Source: a virus | Length of the DNA stretch: 64,000 nucleotides | Direction: 5' to 3' (one strand) | IMG/VR virus record: IMGVR_UViG_3300034095_000254 | Shown: positions 12,201 through 21,421 of the stretch, one piece after another | How the letters are laid out: the number at the start of each line of letters is the position of its first letter | How positions within the stretch are numbered: position 1 is the first letter of the stretch | Made by a program: the position numbers and the translations under genes | The notes under the pieces: model-generated | The model's input: only the letters and a program-made list of their open reading frames with translations | Told to the model about the DNA's origin: nothing | Databases searched by the model: none

Positions 12201-12882
12201 TTCCGTCTTCTTCTGCAGTAACGATATCTTCAGAAGTAACTAAACCAATTCTATAAGATGGAGTATTTGTAAATTTGTCAAGGATAATTGTTTGCTCTGG
12301 GACTAGAACAAAATGTCCTTTAATGTAGTAAACACCTTGTTGAATAGTAGCTAAAGAACCAGTTCCAGTAGCAGAAGATGTTGCAGCTTGAACTGTAAAT
12401 TGTCCTGCTGTAATTTCAGTACCAGCAGAGTTTGTGCCAGCAAGGTTTGTTAAAATGTCTGAATTTGAGAATGTTTTAGTGGTGTTATTATCACCAGAAT
12501 TTAAATAACGAACGAATAATGCTGCAGAATCAGCACCACCAGAAACAGTATAATAAAGTACCTGAGCCTGAACACCTGCTGCATTTTCAATGATTAAACC
12601 ATTAAATTTAGCCACAACAGTATCGGCAAGAACAGCACTATATGTTGCTTCTAATTTAACATACGCAATTTTAGTGTCAATACCGATAGCACCTGGAATA
12701 ACCATGGAGCCTTCTTTAAATACATGATCACCAAAACGAGAAATCTGATTTTGCAGAATGGTCTGCATTTGAGTTAACTCTCGTGCTTGGACAGCATATC
12801 CTGGGCGATAAAGAATCTTCAAGAATCTTTTTGATTCGTTGAAATCGTCGTAATACGGTTCGGTGTTAAAATCAATAGCCAT
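6232..12882 (-). CDS. Large virion structural protein, DUF4815/VrlC-like
   Basis: N-terminus PYYDDF...RPGYAVQARELTQMQ; APGAHRY; NKRYTMRDIGKLEKRI; DPLAQTF. Confidence 0.85.
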   Translation of the reverse strand: MAIDFNTEPYYDDFNESKRFLKILYRPGYAVQARELTQMQTILQNQISRFGDHVFKEGSMVIPGAIGIDTKIAYVKLEATYSAVLADTVVAKFNGLIIENAAGVQAQVLYYTVSGGADSAALFVRYLNSGDNNTTKTFSNSDILTNLAGTNSAGTEITAGQFTVQAATSSATGTGSLATIQQGVYYIKGHFVLVPEQTIILDKFTNTPSYRIGLVTSEDIVTAEEDGTLFDNAQNSFNYAAPGAHRYYIDAVLTKLASDSTSDTDFIELLRVSAGQTQKVVDKSEYSYLEKEFAHRTYDESGNYTVKNFEIDVREYRNNNRGAWTTGRVYLNGDVVTNGGYIYVAKNNGTSSSSTPPTHTAGLVYDGSVAGVGTSGIQWEYNETPYYNRGVYTPGTSENLGTQQGNEAQLAIGLEPGKAYVQGYEIEKPATEYVTVQKARDFVAVDNAVIPTTVGNYLLVTNVNGVPGINTLKQVTLYNRVTSSVGVIPTSGTAVGTARVRFMEYHNGTIGAQTAVYKLGLFDVQMASGYDFNRDVKSVYHVGSSADANLNFTADIESTARTILTVGGGPGTLVRLIGSATASASTTITGAGTSFQTDLRVGDYVFLGTALRRVTAIASQISLTVDASISVTGVTIDRVETQLYEPEHTSLLFPFPYYAIKDISDTVYTVYETFTSSVSAGSISISTASGTFASAADNDNYTVIDTDATTGGAIIPITGTFTSGTANAAIPVDTAYNTKTVFVIAAVNKSGASLTQKTKTLVASATKTFTNAATAQVTELKLGKGDGYRLISVKMKSGTFASPGATYSIDISDRFIWDDGQRSTHYDQSRLILKNSYAPPEAPVEVTFDYFTHGTGDYFTKDSYPASIQYGALPYFQGTALRDVIDFRPKIDDEGTGYTGTNPSVTLLPKRGIDITTDFEYYLARKTKIAVDFGGTFFAINGVSSLNPGEPLDPTLGLVLYNLTLEPYTFGTLNNNVQVNRIDNKRYTMRDIGKLEKRIDNLEYYTSLSLLEQQTESLNVIDSNGLDRFKNGFIVDNFSGHNTGDTTSPDYLNSIDMERAELRPFYTMQNVNLIEAVSSDSDRGDANYKLYGDVITLPVVNHLPIITQAYASRLENINPFAVFTFLGDVKINPSSDDWFETDRRPDLVIDVEGNFNTIKNIAEKAGVLGTVWNAWQTQWTGAPVSTGRVVYTAGTNWASGHGQVRISVAEINARFGGVGRHDNARQVTVEQTATQVGQNRTGIKTTLVEKIDRQVVGDRVLSTAAIPYIRSRNILVQIQKLKPSTRFYPFFDGIDISAYCTPASKIAYTPTGATAAAKLITHNKFDTDTNVGSNATAAARRVDGDSQVCLNRGDIITGGTSAATAVVVGKEYNPDAGTYALFVVNIQGTFSASETITASNPLGYPTAASGTVGTITTKALGSTLISNFNGELNLLFNIPNNEQLRFRCGSRELKLVDVTTATGAFTSRARANYRAEGILETKQRTVHAVRNAELAQEPLEDNQVITQTSDRVVADTGWWDPLAQTFLIEQKGGCFLSKVDVFFASKDTAIPATLEIREVVNGYPGKRVLPFSRVTLKPESINLSETTVLLDGVDIPSYNTPTTFTFPSPVYVQENTEYAIVLASDSNNYKVWISQVGDQMPGTARTISEQPYLGSLFKSQNASTWTADQTQDLKFTIYRCQFETGVNSNIEYTNDALSKVTLGVNPFETRAGVAKVRVWQDNHGIPSGSYVTISGVSADVNGIAFAGFNTTHTISDVDLDSYCITLASNATASGYGGGSVVKATRHIQYDAVQPLVQLQSFSETPISFGIQGVTGKSVDSTSQVAYVQDTVYSGVLANETNYFGIPKMIASEQNEADAVFGLSGDKSVKFNIVMSSSNDALSPIIDTHRTSLIAIGNKVNNPSETNLNVASLDYNVLISNSPTISISGSTIVTAASAVASPATLSGVAISGTAGQFTCTATTLVVGSRITITGTLGGTGTITGYATGTQYQVSAITGSGSSVTGFTLKTTADVAIVTTSGTPTGLTYTAYIAPAQDAFKTATVGKYLTIAGASSGTSTKLITAVAADGTSITLDSAPTAVTGNVTITQRERFASENAPSESSTYSKYVTKRVNLAAHSNYLRVKFAANLPADASIEVWYKTNIVGSNVPFGNASYSQMTIDSPIITSSNQEDQFYDASYSLDDLIAFDAVQIKIVMKSSNSSQVPRIKDLRVLACV

Positions 12883-12920
12883 TCGTAGTTTTCTCTTTAG
12901 TTGTTTCTAATCTATTTATG

Positions 12921-15900
12921 TTAGAATCTGATAACTGTTCTTAAAGTAACTGTTTCATCCGCTGAAGGTGTAAACCCAGCCTTGTTGTCAATAAACATTA
13001 ACTGACCAGAATATTTATCTATTGTTGGAGCACCCACTGATGTTATGATAAAAGTAGATCCAGCAGCATTTGAAAAAGTATCATTGACTAATGGTATATC
13101 GTTATCTAATGACTGCAGTAATGCACTAGTTGCAGAAGAAGCCACTACACGATATCTTCTATCAAAGGGATCTCCACCAACAGTTCTTGTAACTGTCACA
13201 TCAGTATCTCTTGGAAACTGAGTAGTATTAACTGTTGCTTGAACAATAAAACATCCTGAACCGATAGTTCCTTGGAATCTTTGGTCAGAGTTATATTGGT
13301 TTGGATTTTTAATAATACCTAACTGACGATAGTCGTTGTTTACAGAAACACCCTGATTTAAGTCAGTTGATACATTGCTGTAAAACATTAAAGTTTCAGC
13401 AAATAATTCATTTGGAGCATTTTTACCATGTCCACCAAAAGGAGGCATAATTGCTCTAAGGTTGGCACCATATCCGTTACCTGTTACAACAACATTGGCA
13501 AAGGAATAATTTTGTCCTGGATTTGTGATATTAATTTTAGTAATTTTTCCAGAGGCAGAATCAAGTGTACTCGTAGCTGTAGCACCTGTTCCGTCACCTT
13601 GTATTTCAATATCTGCCACACCGTAACCATATCCACCAGAAATAATTTTAATGGCATTGATAGTTCCAGGTGAAGTTAAAATTTCATTATTTGCCTGAAG
13701 AGATTGGATTGTTCCAATGTTAAGATCTGCCTTTAGTGCAGCATTAGTTCCGTCACCAGTAACTGCAATAGTTGCAGTTGAATATCCAATACCTGAATTC
13801 TCAACAATAACTGCGACTATTTGACCACCCTCAATTACTGGTAGCAATTTTGCTTCAGATTTTGCTGTTAGAAAAGATAATTCTGCTGCAGCAGTTCCTG
13901 CTCGACCAGCATCAGTGATAGCAATAGCAGGTGCTGCGGAATAGCCAGATCCAAATTTACGAGAAACTTCACCAGTCGCTGGGACACCTGCATATGTTAA
14001 TGCAGCTGGGACACCAAGATATAATAAATCAGCAGTTCCATTAGTTACAGTTCCAGTAGTATGTGACGGAACTGTGGAAGCATGCGTTGTACCTGCAGTT
14101 GTAACTTTATACAATCTACCAGAAACATGGACAGTGCTATTTAAAGCCAACGCAGTTGATGCTGCAAAAGCTGGAGAGTTTGTTGCTGTTCCAGATGTAT
14201 GAGATGGTGCTACTGAGCCAAAAAATCCAGCAGTAGATACAGTGTATAACCTACCAGACTGAAAATATTGTTCGCCAATTAATACTGCTGATAACGCACT
14301 CCACGCAGTACCAAAGGTTACTGTTGGATCAGTAGTATAATTATCACCCGCATTTGATACAGTACAATATAATATTGAACCAGAACTCATTTTTGCAGTG
14401 GCTACTGCCCCTGATCCACCACCACCAGAAAATGTTATTGCTGGAGCAGAGGTATATCCAGATCCAGCATTAATAATATTAACTTCTTTAACACCACCAA
14501 GTAATGTTATACCACTAATAGATTTAAAAGAAGCTGTACCAGATCCAGATCCAGCACCAGTAGCAGTGAAAGTTGCACCCACCACTGGCTGACCAGTTAT
14601 TGTAGTTGAGGATACTGTTTGTGACGCACTAACTGTATAGGTTCCAACTCCGCCAGTGCCAGTACCAAGAACAGTAATATTAGTTCCTGCAGTAACACCA
14701 GTTCCAGTGATATAAGTACCAACAGCTAATGTTCCAGAAGCCACTGCAGAAACAGTTAAAGTAGTTCCAGAAATTGCTCCAGTCACTACTGCACTTGCAG
14801 TTCCACCAATTGTGACAAAGTTAGTAGTTCCGAGAGAAACAATTGTATATTTTATACCAGTGGTAAATGAGCCAGCATTAACTTCGGTGCTAGATGTATT
14901 AACAGTTCCTTTAACTCTAGTTCCAAGATATTTTAGAGCAGCTGTATTATTCTGAACTGTACCTAATCTGTGTGTAGGTTCAGATGATGACATAGTTCCA
15001 GGAGTTACTACCTCATAGAAATCAAAAGCACTATTGTATAGTTTTTGTCCTAAAAATACTGCAGCAGATGAAATAAACGCAGTGGCATTTAGAGTAGGAT
15101 CACCGAATGTTACTGTTGGATTATCATAACCATTACCACCAGAAGCAACTGAAATGCTAGTTAAAAATGTTGGATCTTCTTCTCTGTATCCGTCACCAAC
15201 GACACTTATGGTCGCTGATGTATATCCAGTTCCTTTGTTATTGATAATAATGCTATCCATGGCACCATTAGAATAAAACTGATTAGATAAAGCAGAAACT
15301 ACTGGCATCTGATCTTCTGACAAAAACTTACTTCTTAAATTAATAGGAACATTATACATAAACTTCCAAACATAACCATCAGCTGCGGTTATTGGAGAAG
15401 TAGATGTACCCAATGGTTTATCAGTTGATCTAGCATTATTGTTATTATCTAAACATTTATAGACATTATAATCTTCTGTAAGAACATAATAATTACACTC
15501 TTCAAGTTTTTGTTCACCAGAAGGTGCAATGTTAAGAATTGCCTGTAGAATTGCACCTGTACCACCACCACCTGTAACAGTCACAGTTGGGGTAGAAGTA
15601 TATCCAGTTCCTCTTGAAGTATCAGATACTCCTACTACTTCAATATTAATAATCGAACCATCATAAACAATAGGGTAAAACTTAGCACCTGTTCCACCAC
15701 CACCTGTAACAGTGATAGTTGGTAGTGAAGTATAACCAGTTCCACCATTGACAATATTAATACCAAGAATCTCAGTAGAATATTCATCATCGTACATATC
15801 GTAAACTGTATTAGTAGTCCAATTTACACGAGGAATAACAAATGATACATCAGATGGTGTAATCGCTTTCATAGTGATAATATCACCACGAACTGCTCGT

Positions 15901-16070
15901 TCGTATGCATAACTATCCACTGGATATGGTGGTGCAGCCTCATCGCTCCATTGCAATGTTTTACCGAGGAAGTAGTAGTAATTACTACTTCTGGTTGTTA
16001 CATCCTTGTAAACACCCTCTGCAAGAGTTTTATGCAGGATTGTTTTAATTAGAGAAGATGATGTCGCCAT
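12921..16070 (-). CDS. Baseplate wedge protein gp8-like, with inserted repeat domains
   Basis: [47 protein letters not shown]. Confidence 0.85.
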   Translation of the reverse strand: MATSSSLIKTILHKTLAEGVYKDVTTRSSNYYYFLGKTLQWSDEAAPPYPVDSYAYERAVRGDIITMKAITPSDVSFVIPRVNWTTNTVYDMYDDEYSTEILGINIVNGGTGYTSLPTITVTGGGGTGAKFYPIVYDGSIINIEVVGVSDTSRGTGYTSTPTVTVTGGGGTGAILQAILNIAPSGEQKLEECNYYVLTEDYNVYKCLDNNNNARSTDKPLGTSTSPITAADGYVWKFMYNVPINLRSKFLSEDQMPVVSALSNQFYSNGAMDSIIINNKGTGYTSATISVVGDGYREEDPTFLTSISVASGGNGYDNPTVTFGDPTLNATAFISSAAVFLGQKLYNSAFDFYEVVTPGTMSSSEPTHRLGTVQNNTAALKYLGTRVKGTVNTSSTEVNAGSFTTGIKYTIVSLGTTNFVTIGGTASAVVTGAISGTTLTVSAVASGTLAVGTYITGTGVTAGTNITVLGTGTGGVGTYTVSASQTVSSTTITGQPVVGATFTATGAGSGSGTASFKSISGITLLGGVKEVNIINAGSGYTSAPAITFSGGGGSGAVATAKMSSGSILYCTVSNAGDNYTTDPTVTFGTAWSALSAVLIGEQYFQSGRLYTVSTAGFFGSVAPSHTSGTATNSPAFAASTALALNSTVHVSGRLYKVTTAGTTHASTVPSHTTGTVTNGTADLLYLGVPAALTYAGVPATGEVSRKFGSGYSAAPAIAITDAGRAGTAAAELSFLTAKSEAKLLPVIEGGQIVAVIVENSGIGYSTATIAVTGDGTNAALKADLNIGTIQSLQANNEILTSPGTINAIKIISGGYGYGVADIEIQGDGTGATATSTLDSASGKITKINITNPGQNYSFANVVVTGNGYGANLRAIMPPFGGHGKNAPNELFAETLMFYSNVSTDLNQGVSVNNDYRQLGIIKNPNQYNSDQRFQGTIGSGCFIVQATVNTTQFPRDTDVTVTRTVGGDPFDRRYRVVASSATSALLQSLDNDIPLVNDTFSNAAGSTFIITSVGAPTIDKYSGQLMFIDNKAGFTPSADETVTLRTVIRF

Positions 16071-16092
16071 TTAGCAGAACCTTAAACTTAAA

Positions 16093-16548
16093 TTAACTTA
16101 CTGTCACTACCCATGTCACAGCGATTGTGTCGCCAGATCCCTTTGTCACAACTGGGAATGTAGTACGGCAAAGCATAGTACCACCTGAAGAAGCGTTAAA
16201 AACAGCTGCCTCAGTAATAGCACCATCACCAGTACCAGCTGGGAATGAAGCAGTATATGTGATTGTGTTTGTAGAAACTGTATTACCTGATAGTGATACA
16301 CGACCAGTTTGAGTACCCAATGTAGTATCACTGGCACCTGGAGTAGAAGAACCAGTGCCAATACCCATGTGAGTCATTGCAGCTGGGCTGTTAGTTGTTG
16401 TTTTAATCATTGACGAAGCAATGAAGTTTTTACCTGATGTTACAACTAAGTTAGGCACTTCAAAATCTTGTGTTGTTACACCTTGTGCATTAGTTTTAAC
16501 GATGCGAACTTTACCTGTCGCTTTTAGGTTTTCATTTTGTTGAATCAT
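16093..16548 (-). CDS. Small tail/baseplate structural protein
   Basis: ATG 16548 with AAGGAG RBS; NLVVTSG..., HMGIGTG, GAITEAAVF. Confidence 0.7.
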   Translation of the reverse strand: MIQQNENLKATGKVRIVKTNAQGVTTQDFEVPNLVVTSGKNFIASSMIKTTTNSPAAMTHMGIGTGSSTPGASDTTLGTQTGRVSLSGNTVSTNTITYTASFPAGTGDGAITEAAVFNASSGGTMLCRTTFPVVTKGSGDTIAVTWVVTVS

Positions 16549-16567
16549 AGGGATCTCCTTGTTAATT

Positions 16568-18400
16568 TTATAGAGTGCTAAAAGTGGATTCTCTTGAACC
16601 CACTGAATATTCTTCATCGAATATGATGTAATCTTGCCCATAGTAAGAATTTAACTGCACATAACCTTCATGGTCTTGTGGAGGTAATAAATCAGGATCG
16701 GCTTCTGTATATAGATATTTATCTGTGCTTAAACCAAGAGTTTCAGTAATTACTGGAATATCTGCTAATACTTTGTCAGTATCAATGGAAGAAATAGAAT
16801 CAGACCAAGTTCCTACACTGGTGGTAGCCAATGCTTTACCAAGTGAAACAACAGGTGCATCATCTGACATTCCACTATATTCAGTGCTTAATGCTTTACC
16901 GAATAATTGTACAAAACTATCTGTTGGTGTATCTATTGAGTCATCTAGTGCTTTAGAAAAGACTTGTACAAAAAGACCATCATTTGGTGTACTGATAGAA
17001 TCTGATAAAACTTTTGTAAAACTTAATGTTATTGCTCCAGTATCTACTATAGCAAAAGTATCTTCAATACCAATACCAAGAGATTTAACTAACGATTCTA
17101 AAGCGACACTTAAATTGATATTATTGGTAATATTGTACTCACCAAACAGTGCCATACCAGCTGGATGAAGCATAGTTTTTACAGCTGATTTATATGAGTC
17201 TAATCTTTCATCAATTCTTACAACATACGAGAATGCTTGATAATATTTACTGTCTTGAATAAAAATAGAATCATCTAAGAAACCTGCATTAGAAGTGAAG
17301 TATCCAGGATACCGTACAAGAGCACCGAGATTAACTTCAATAATAGCTGGATCATCAGAAGCAACTTGAGCATTTCTAAAGTTTAATGAGAACTCACGAA
17401 TAATAGAACCTGCATATGTACCATCAACGAAATCAGTAGTAACATAGTCTCCAAGGTTCACATAACCTTGTTCGTCAAATCCTACAGTTCTATCACCGAT
17501 CGCTAAATTATCTCCAGATCTACTGGATGATGCACTAGACAATAATAATTGAGCAGCATTAACAGTGTTAGATGCTAATAAACTTACAGCGAAATCTGCA
17601 TTATATCCAATACCAAATTTAATAAATTCTGCATACTTAATACCATTGTTATCATCGGTTGCAGTTACTTTTAATAAAGCACCAGTTCCAGTTCCAGATT
17701 TAACTTCAAACACCTGACCAACACGGAAGTTTTTTCCTGCCTGTGTAATTTTTGGTGTTTGAGTTGCAGGTAAAATAGTAGCTTGAAATGTATCTTTATA
17801 TTTAATTTTATCTGTTGGTTTTAAAATACCAAAGAATTTTTTATCTAAAAAGAATTCATAGATGTTACCACCAAGAGCAACAATTCGATCTACTTCACCA
17901 ACTAGGTCTTCTTTTCTATCAACAAGAACTCTAATTAGTCTTGTTGCTGTTTGAATGTCTACTAGTTTACCAACAATATCTTGAGGTTGACCAAAATCAA
18001 CTTTAGCAAAAACAGAAATTTCTTGATTCCATCTACCATCAGAAGCACGAAGCATCTGAGTACCTGGATATGTTAATTCTACTTTTTTACCAAATAATAA
18101 TCTAAACAAAAGTTTATATGACGACTCAGAACCTTTTGCAAGATATTGATCTTTAATTTTAGTTAATATAAATCTTTCATCACCTTGAATCTGCGGAAGA
18201 TTGTGTGCTAGTTCTTTTTTAAATTCAACAATAAACTGTTCAAGGGTTTGATCGATATCTCTAACTGCTGTAAGATCTACTCCTTGATCTTGTAAATACT
18301 TATAGTATGCTTCTACAAAAGCAACAAATGTTGGGTAGTCTTCCCTGATGAACTCAGGGATCTGTCTAGATACAACAGATGATAATTTGGTTCTTGACAT
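16568..18400 (-). CDS. Baseplate wedge protein gp7-like
   Basis: QIPEFIREDYPTFVAFVEAYY, YLAKGSESSYKLLFR, IQDSKYYQAFSY, HPAG; follows gp6. Confidence 0.75.
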   Translation of the reverse strand: MSRTKLSSVVSRQIPEFIREDYPTFVAFVEAYYKYLQDQGVDLTAVRDIDQTLEQFIVEFKKELAHNLPQIQGDERFILTKIKDQYLAKGSESSYKLLFRLLFGKKVELTYPGTQMLRASDGRWNQEISVFAKVDFGQPQDIVGKLVDIQTATRLIRVLVDRKEDLVGEVDRIVALGGNIYEFFLDKKFFGILKPTDKIKYKDTFQATILPATQTPKITQAGKNFRVGQVFEVKSGTGTGALLKVTATDDNNGIKYAEFIKFGIGYNADFAVSLLASNTVNAAQLLLSSASSSRSGDNLAIGDRTVGFDEQGYVNLGDYVTTDFVDGTYAGSIIREFSLNFRNAQVASDDPAIIEVNLGALVRYPGYFTSNAGFLDDSIFIQDSKYYQAFSYVVRIDERLDSYKSAVKTMLHPAGMALFGEYNITNNINLSVALESLVKSLGIGIEDTFAIVDTGAITLSFTKVLSDSISTPNDGLFVQVFSKALDDSIDTPTDSFVQLFGKALSTEYSGMSDDAPVVSLGKALATTSVGTWSDSISSIDTDKVLADIPVITETLGLSTDKYLYTEADPDLLPPQDHEGYVQLNSYYGQDYIIFDEEYSVGSRESTFSTL

Positions 18401-20244
18401 TATGATCTAATTGAGTTGAACTGATAATTGTAGCCAGCACCGAGATCGCCATTTGCAGTATTATCTGCGATGGCAGTAACATCCAATAGGGTTGGATCGA
18501 TTTGTACAATTTGGTTTAGAGCAGAAACAATGTCATATGATTCTGGTTTAACTTGCCATTCAAAAAATGCACCTTCTAAAGATACAATATTTAAAGCACG
18601 AACTAATATTAAACCTAGTTCGTAGTTAATAGTTCCTTGTGTTCTATTCACAAATACTTTATCTAAATTTGAATTTAAATAGTATAAACGAATGTTACCC
18701 ACAGAATCATCATCAAGATAGTGAACTTGAGTGCTACCTGGAATATAGAATCCAGTGGAAGCAAAAACCTCACCTTGTTTACCACCATCTTGAGAAATAG
18801 GGTTAATTAAGTTAAGCACATATTGCGCATTAACACCATACTGTGGGGTATGTGGGTGACGAACCATTAAACGAGTAATGTTATTAACAATAGAAGGATC
18901 TGATTGATCAATAATGCCTGTTAGTTTAGTGTAACGAAGAACACCATCAAACTTTTGTAGTTCATTTGTGTCATAAGCAAGGATAGCATTCTTAACAATA
19001 GTTTCAATCTGTGATGCAGTTTTGCCAGTTTCTTTAGGATTATAGTGGACGAATGATGTTACCTTAATATTAAAATATTCTGGATCAACAATTTCTGGAG
19101 TTATAGAAACAACACTTCTTGGAGTAAGAATCTCATTCGCTATTGTTTCTTTTTGTTGATTAGTTAATTTGGTGGCATCTTTTGGTTTAATACAAATGTA
19201 TGTCTTACCATAAACTGGAGGATTATTATCTTCGCCACCCCAAACTGACACTGTTTGTGCAGCAGGGAATTTACTATAAATTAATGCTTTGTAGTCGTCA
19301 GGTGTAACAGCACGATTTTGTGCAGCGAATAATCTTGGTGCATTAAATTTAATTGAAGCAAGATCTTCTGAAGCAGAACCATTTATCGCAGGGCTAACAG
19401 TGGTAACTGAAAGATTACTACCCAATACAGATGATCCATTGTATGTAAAAATGTTTGCAGAATTCGGTTCTTCTAAACTAGAAACGAAATAATTGATTGT
19501 TACTACATTACCATTACTCAATGCAGTTCCAAGAACTCCATTACCAAAAGTTATCTCATAAAGACCATCATCAATTTCTTTTAAGAAATATACTTTTGTG
19601 GTTTCAGTGACTGCTGTTAAATCTTCTGATCTTGTGTATGTTTCATATATGTCTGAAGTTGAAGATGATTGAACTTGAATAGACAAAGTAGAAATATCAA
19701 TATTTGCATTTGGTATAATATAACGAACACCAGTTGCCACAGTATATTTAAATGATAGCGGAGTGCCTTCAACCAGTGTTAAGTTAGAAAAAGTGTAATT
19801 ACCAGCAGTGCTTCTTGCAGTGGTCACATCTTCTAAATTATAGAAAACATAAGACACACCATCAATAGAAGTTAAGAATGGTTGTTGCGCATTTAATGTT
19901 GCAACAGCTGGGCTAGAAGTTGGAGCAGTGATGCTTGCATTAACAATGGCTCTTGCACATACTGCAGATCTTGGAGTATAACCAAGCATTTTTGAAAGAG
20001 AAACTACAGACGCTCTCTTACTCGCTGAGTCAAGGAACATTTCATTTACAGCAAGGTTAGTATAAACACCATTATAGTGAGTGTTGTATGCCAGTAAATC
20101 TATAAGAACAGAAAGACCAGATCCCTCAAAGTCATAATCTGAAAATTCAGCTTGTGCCTTTAGGAATGTTTTAAGATTAGTTTTAATGGTATCAAAGTCT
20201 AACTCTGATACCTTCATTCTTTTACTGTTTGTTGTGATTGCCAT
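18400..20244 (-). CDS. Baseplate wedge subunit gp6
   Basis: LDFDTIK, DYDFEGSGLS, LAYNTHYN, QNRAVT..DY, VWGGE. Confidence 0.93.
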   Translation of the reverse strand: MAITTNSKRMKVSELDFDTIKTNLKTFLKAQAEFSDYDFEGSGLSVLIDLLAYNTHYNGVYTNLAVNEMFLDSASKRASVVSLSKMLGYTPRSAVCARAIVNASITAPTSSPAVATLNAQQPFLTSIDGVSYVFYNLEDVTTARSTAGNYTFSNLTLVEGTPLSFKYTVATGVRYIIPNANIDISTLSIQVQSSSTSDIYETYTRSEDLTAVTETTKVYFLKEIDDGLYEITFGNGVLGTALSNGNVVTINYFVSSLEEPNSANIFTYNGSSVLGSNLSVTTVSPAINGSASEDLASIKFNAPRLFAAQNRAVTPDDYKALIYSKFPAAQTVSVWGGEDNNPPVYGKTYICIKPKDATKLTNQQKETIANEILTPRSVVSITPEIVDPEYFNIKVTSFVHYNPKETGKTASQIETIVKNAILAYDTNELQKFDGVLRYTKLTGIIDQSDPSIVNNITRLMVRHPHTPQYGVNAQYVLNLINPISQDGGKQGEVFASTGFYIPGSTQVHYLDDDSVGNIRLYYLNSNLDKVFVNRTQGTINYELGLILVRALNIVSLEGAFFEWQVKPESYDIVSALNQIVQIDPTLLDVTAIADNTANGDLGAGYNYQFNSIRS

Positions 20245-20637
20245 TTATCGTGTTCTCTCTAACGCTAATTCGAGAGTTATTGGTCTCTCGGTGTTTACTA
20301 TTGTAAATTCTAAAGTTACATAAACTTCATTTGCATCGGAATAATCGTCCACTCTAACATCAATAATATTAACTCGTGGTTCAAAGTTATTAATCACATC
20401 GATGACTGCTCGCTGAAGCATAACATTAAACATTGGTCCAGGTAGATCGAACAGCAACTGTCTAATCGGAGAACCAATTTCACTATGGAATGGTCTCTCA
20501 AAATTTCGGGTCAATAACAAATTCTTGACGGACTGCTTAATAGCATCATCGTCATATCGGCGAGTTATATCCTTCGTCACTGGATGCTTAGTGAAGGTAA
20601 GGTCTAAATCCGAGAATATTCTTGTGTTTCGTGCCAT
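20245..20637 (-). CDS. Baseplate wedge subunit gp25
   Basis: AIKQSVKNLLLT...ERPF...NFEPRV. Confidence 0.93.
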   Translation of the reverse strand: MARNTRIFSDLDLTFTKHPVTKDITRRYDDDAIKQSVKNLLLTRNFERPFHSEIGSPIRQLLFDLPGPMFNVMLQRAVIDVINNFEPRVNIIDVRVDDYSDANEVYVTLEFTIVNTERPITLELALERTR

Positions 20638-20651
20638 ATCGTTTATTTAGG

Positions 20652-20954
20652 TTATTCTATGAAAGAGTTATTAGAACCTTGCGCTATTGCATCGCCACAT
20701 TGGATACTATCTCCAATTCTAGCTGCTTTTTTACCTTCAATATAAGTCTTACTCGCTCCACTGCTGGGAATACGGATATCAGAATTATGTGTAGTTATTC
20801 CACAAGAGTGTGCTGCAAATTTACAATTAGAATCTACAACCCCAGCCAATTTCCCATTGAAATAGGTTTTAGCCACTGGGGTAGTTATCAGTGCAGTAGG
20901 TGCAAAACACCCATGTCCTGTGCTTTTATCTCCGATTGTTGCTACAGCAGGCAT
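20652..20954 (-). CDS. PAAR spike-tip protein (gp5.4-like)
   Basis: GDKSTGHGCF...AARIGDSIQCG. Confidence 0.9.
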   Translation of the reverse strand: MPAVATIGDKSTGHGCFAPTALITTPVAKTYFNGKLAGVVDSNCKFAAHSCGITTHNSDIRIPSSGASKTYIEGKKAARIGDSIQCGDAIAQGSNNSFIE

Positions 20955-21421
20955 TATCTTCCTATCCTAGTTTGGGCGATAGCATTTATTAAAGCAGTCT
21001 TACCTGTGTCCCAGTTAAAAGTAGAAACAACAGTATAAGTCTGCTGAACATCTGGACCAATATTATTTTGATCTTCAGCAGTTACGGTATAACTATAAGT
21101 TACAGTTTGTACAGTCGGTGCAGTAAAAGAACAAATTTCATATGAGTTTGTAATGTCATTAAAATTAGTAACAGTATTGTATGTTTTATCTTTAGTCAAA
21201 TAGGTGATAATGCTTCCGCCATGGAATTCTGCGTCATACTGTCCAGAAATACTATTAGTACCTACAGTCATTAAAGCATTAGGTTTATCCGTAACGATTC
21301 CAGTAACTGCGTAATCAGTTAATGGATCTGGATCAACATAAGAAAATGACTGCGAATAGCTAGTATAAACAGGCAACTGATCTAAAGTCGTTAAAGCAGT
21401 AGTGGAAGGAGTCCAAGGCAT
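20954..21421 (-). CDS. Hypothetical structural protein between gp5 and PAAR
   Basis: 155-aa T/S/Y-rich ORF coupled to both neighbours. Confidence 0.6.
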   Translation of the reverse strand: MPWTPSTTALTTLDQLPVYTSYSQSFSYVDPDPLTDYAVTGIVTDKPNALMTVGTNSISGQYDAEFHGGSIITYLTKDKTYNTVTNFNDITNSYEICSFTAPTVQTVTYSYTVTAEDQNNIGPDVQQTYTVVSTFNWDTGKTALINAIAQTRIGR

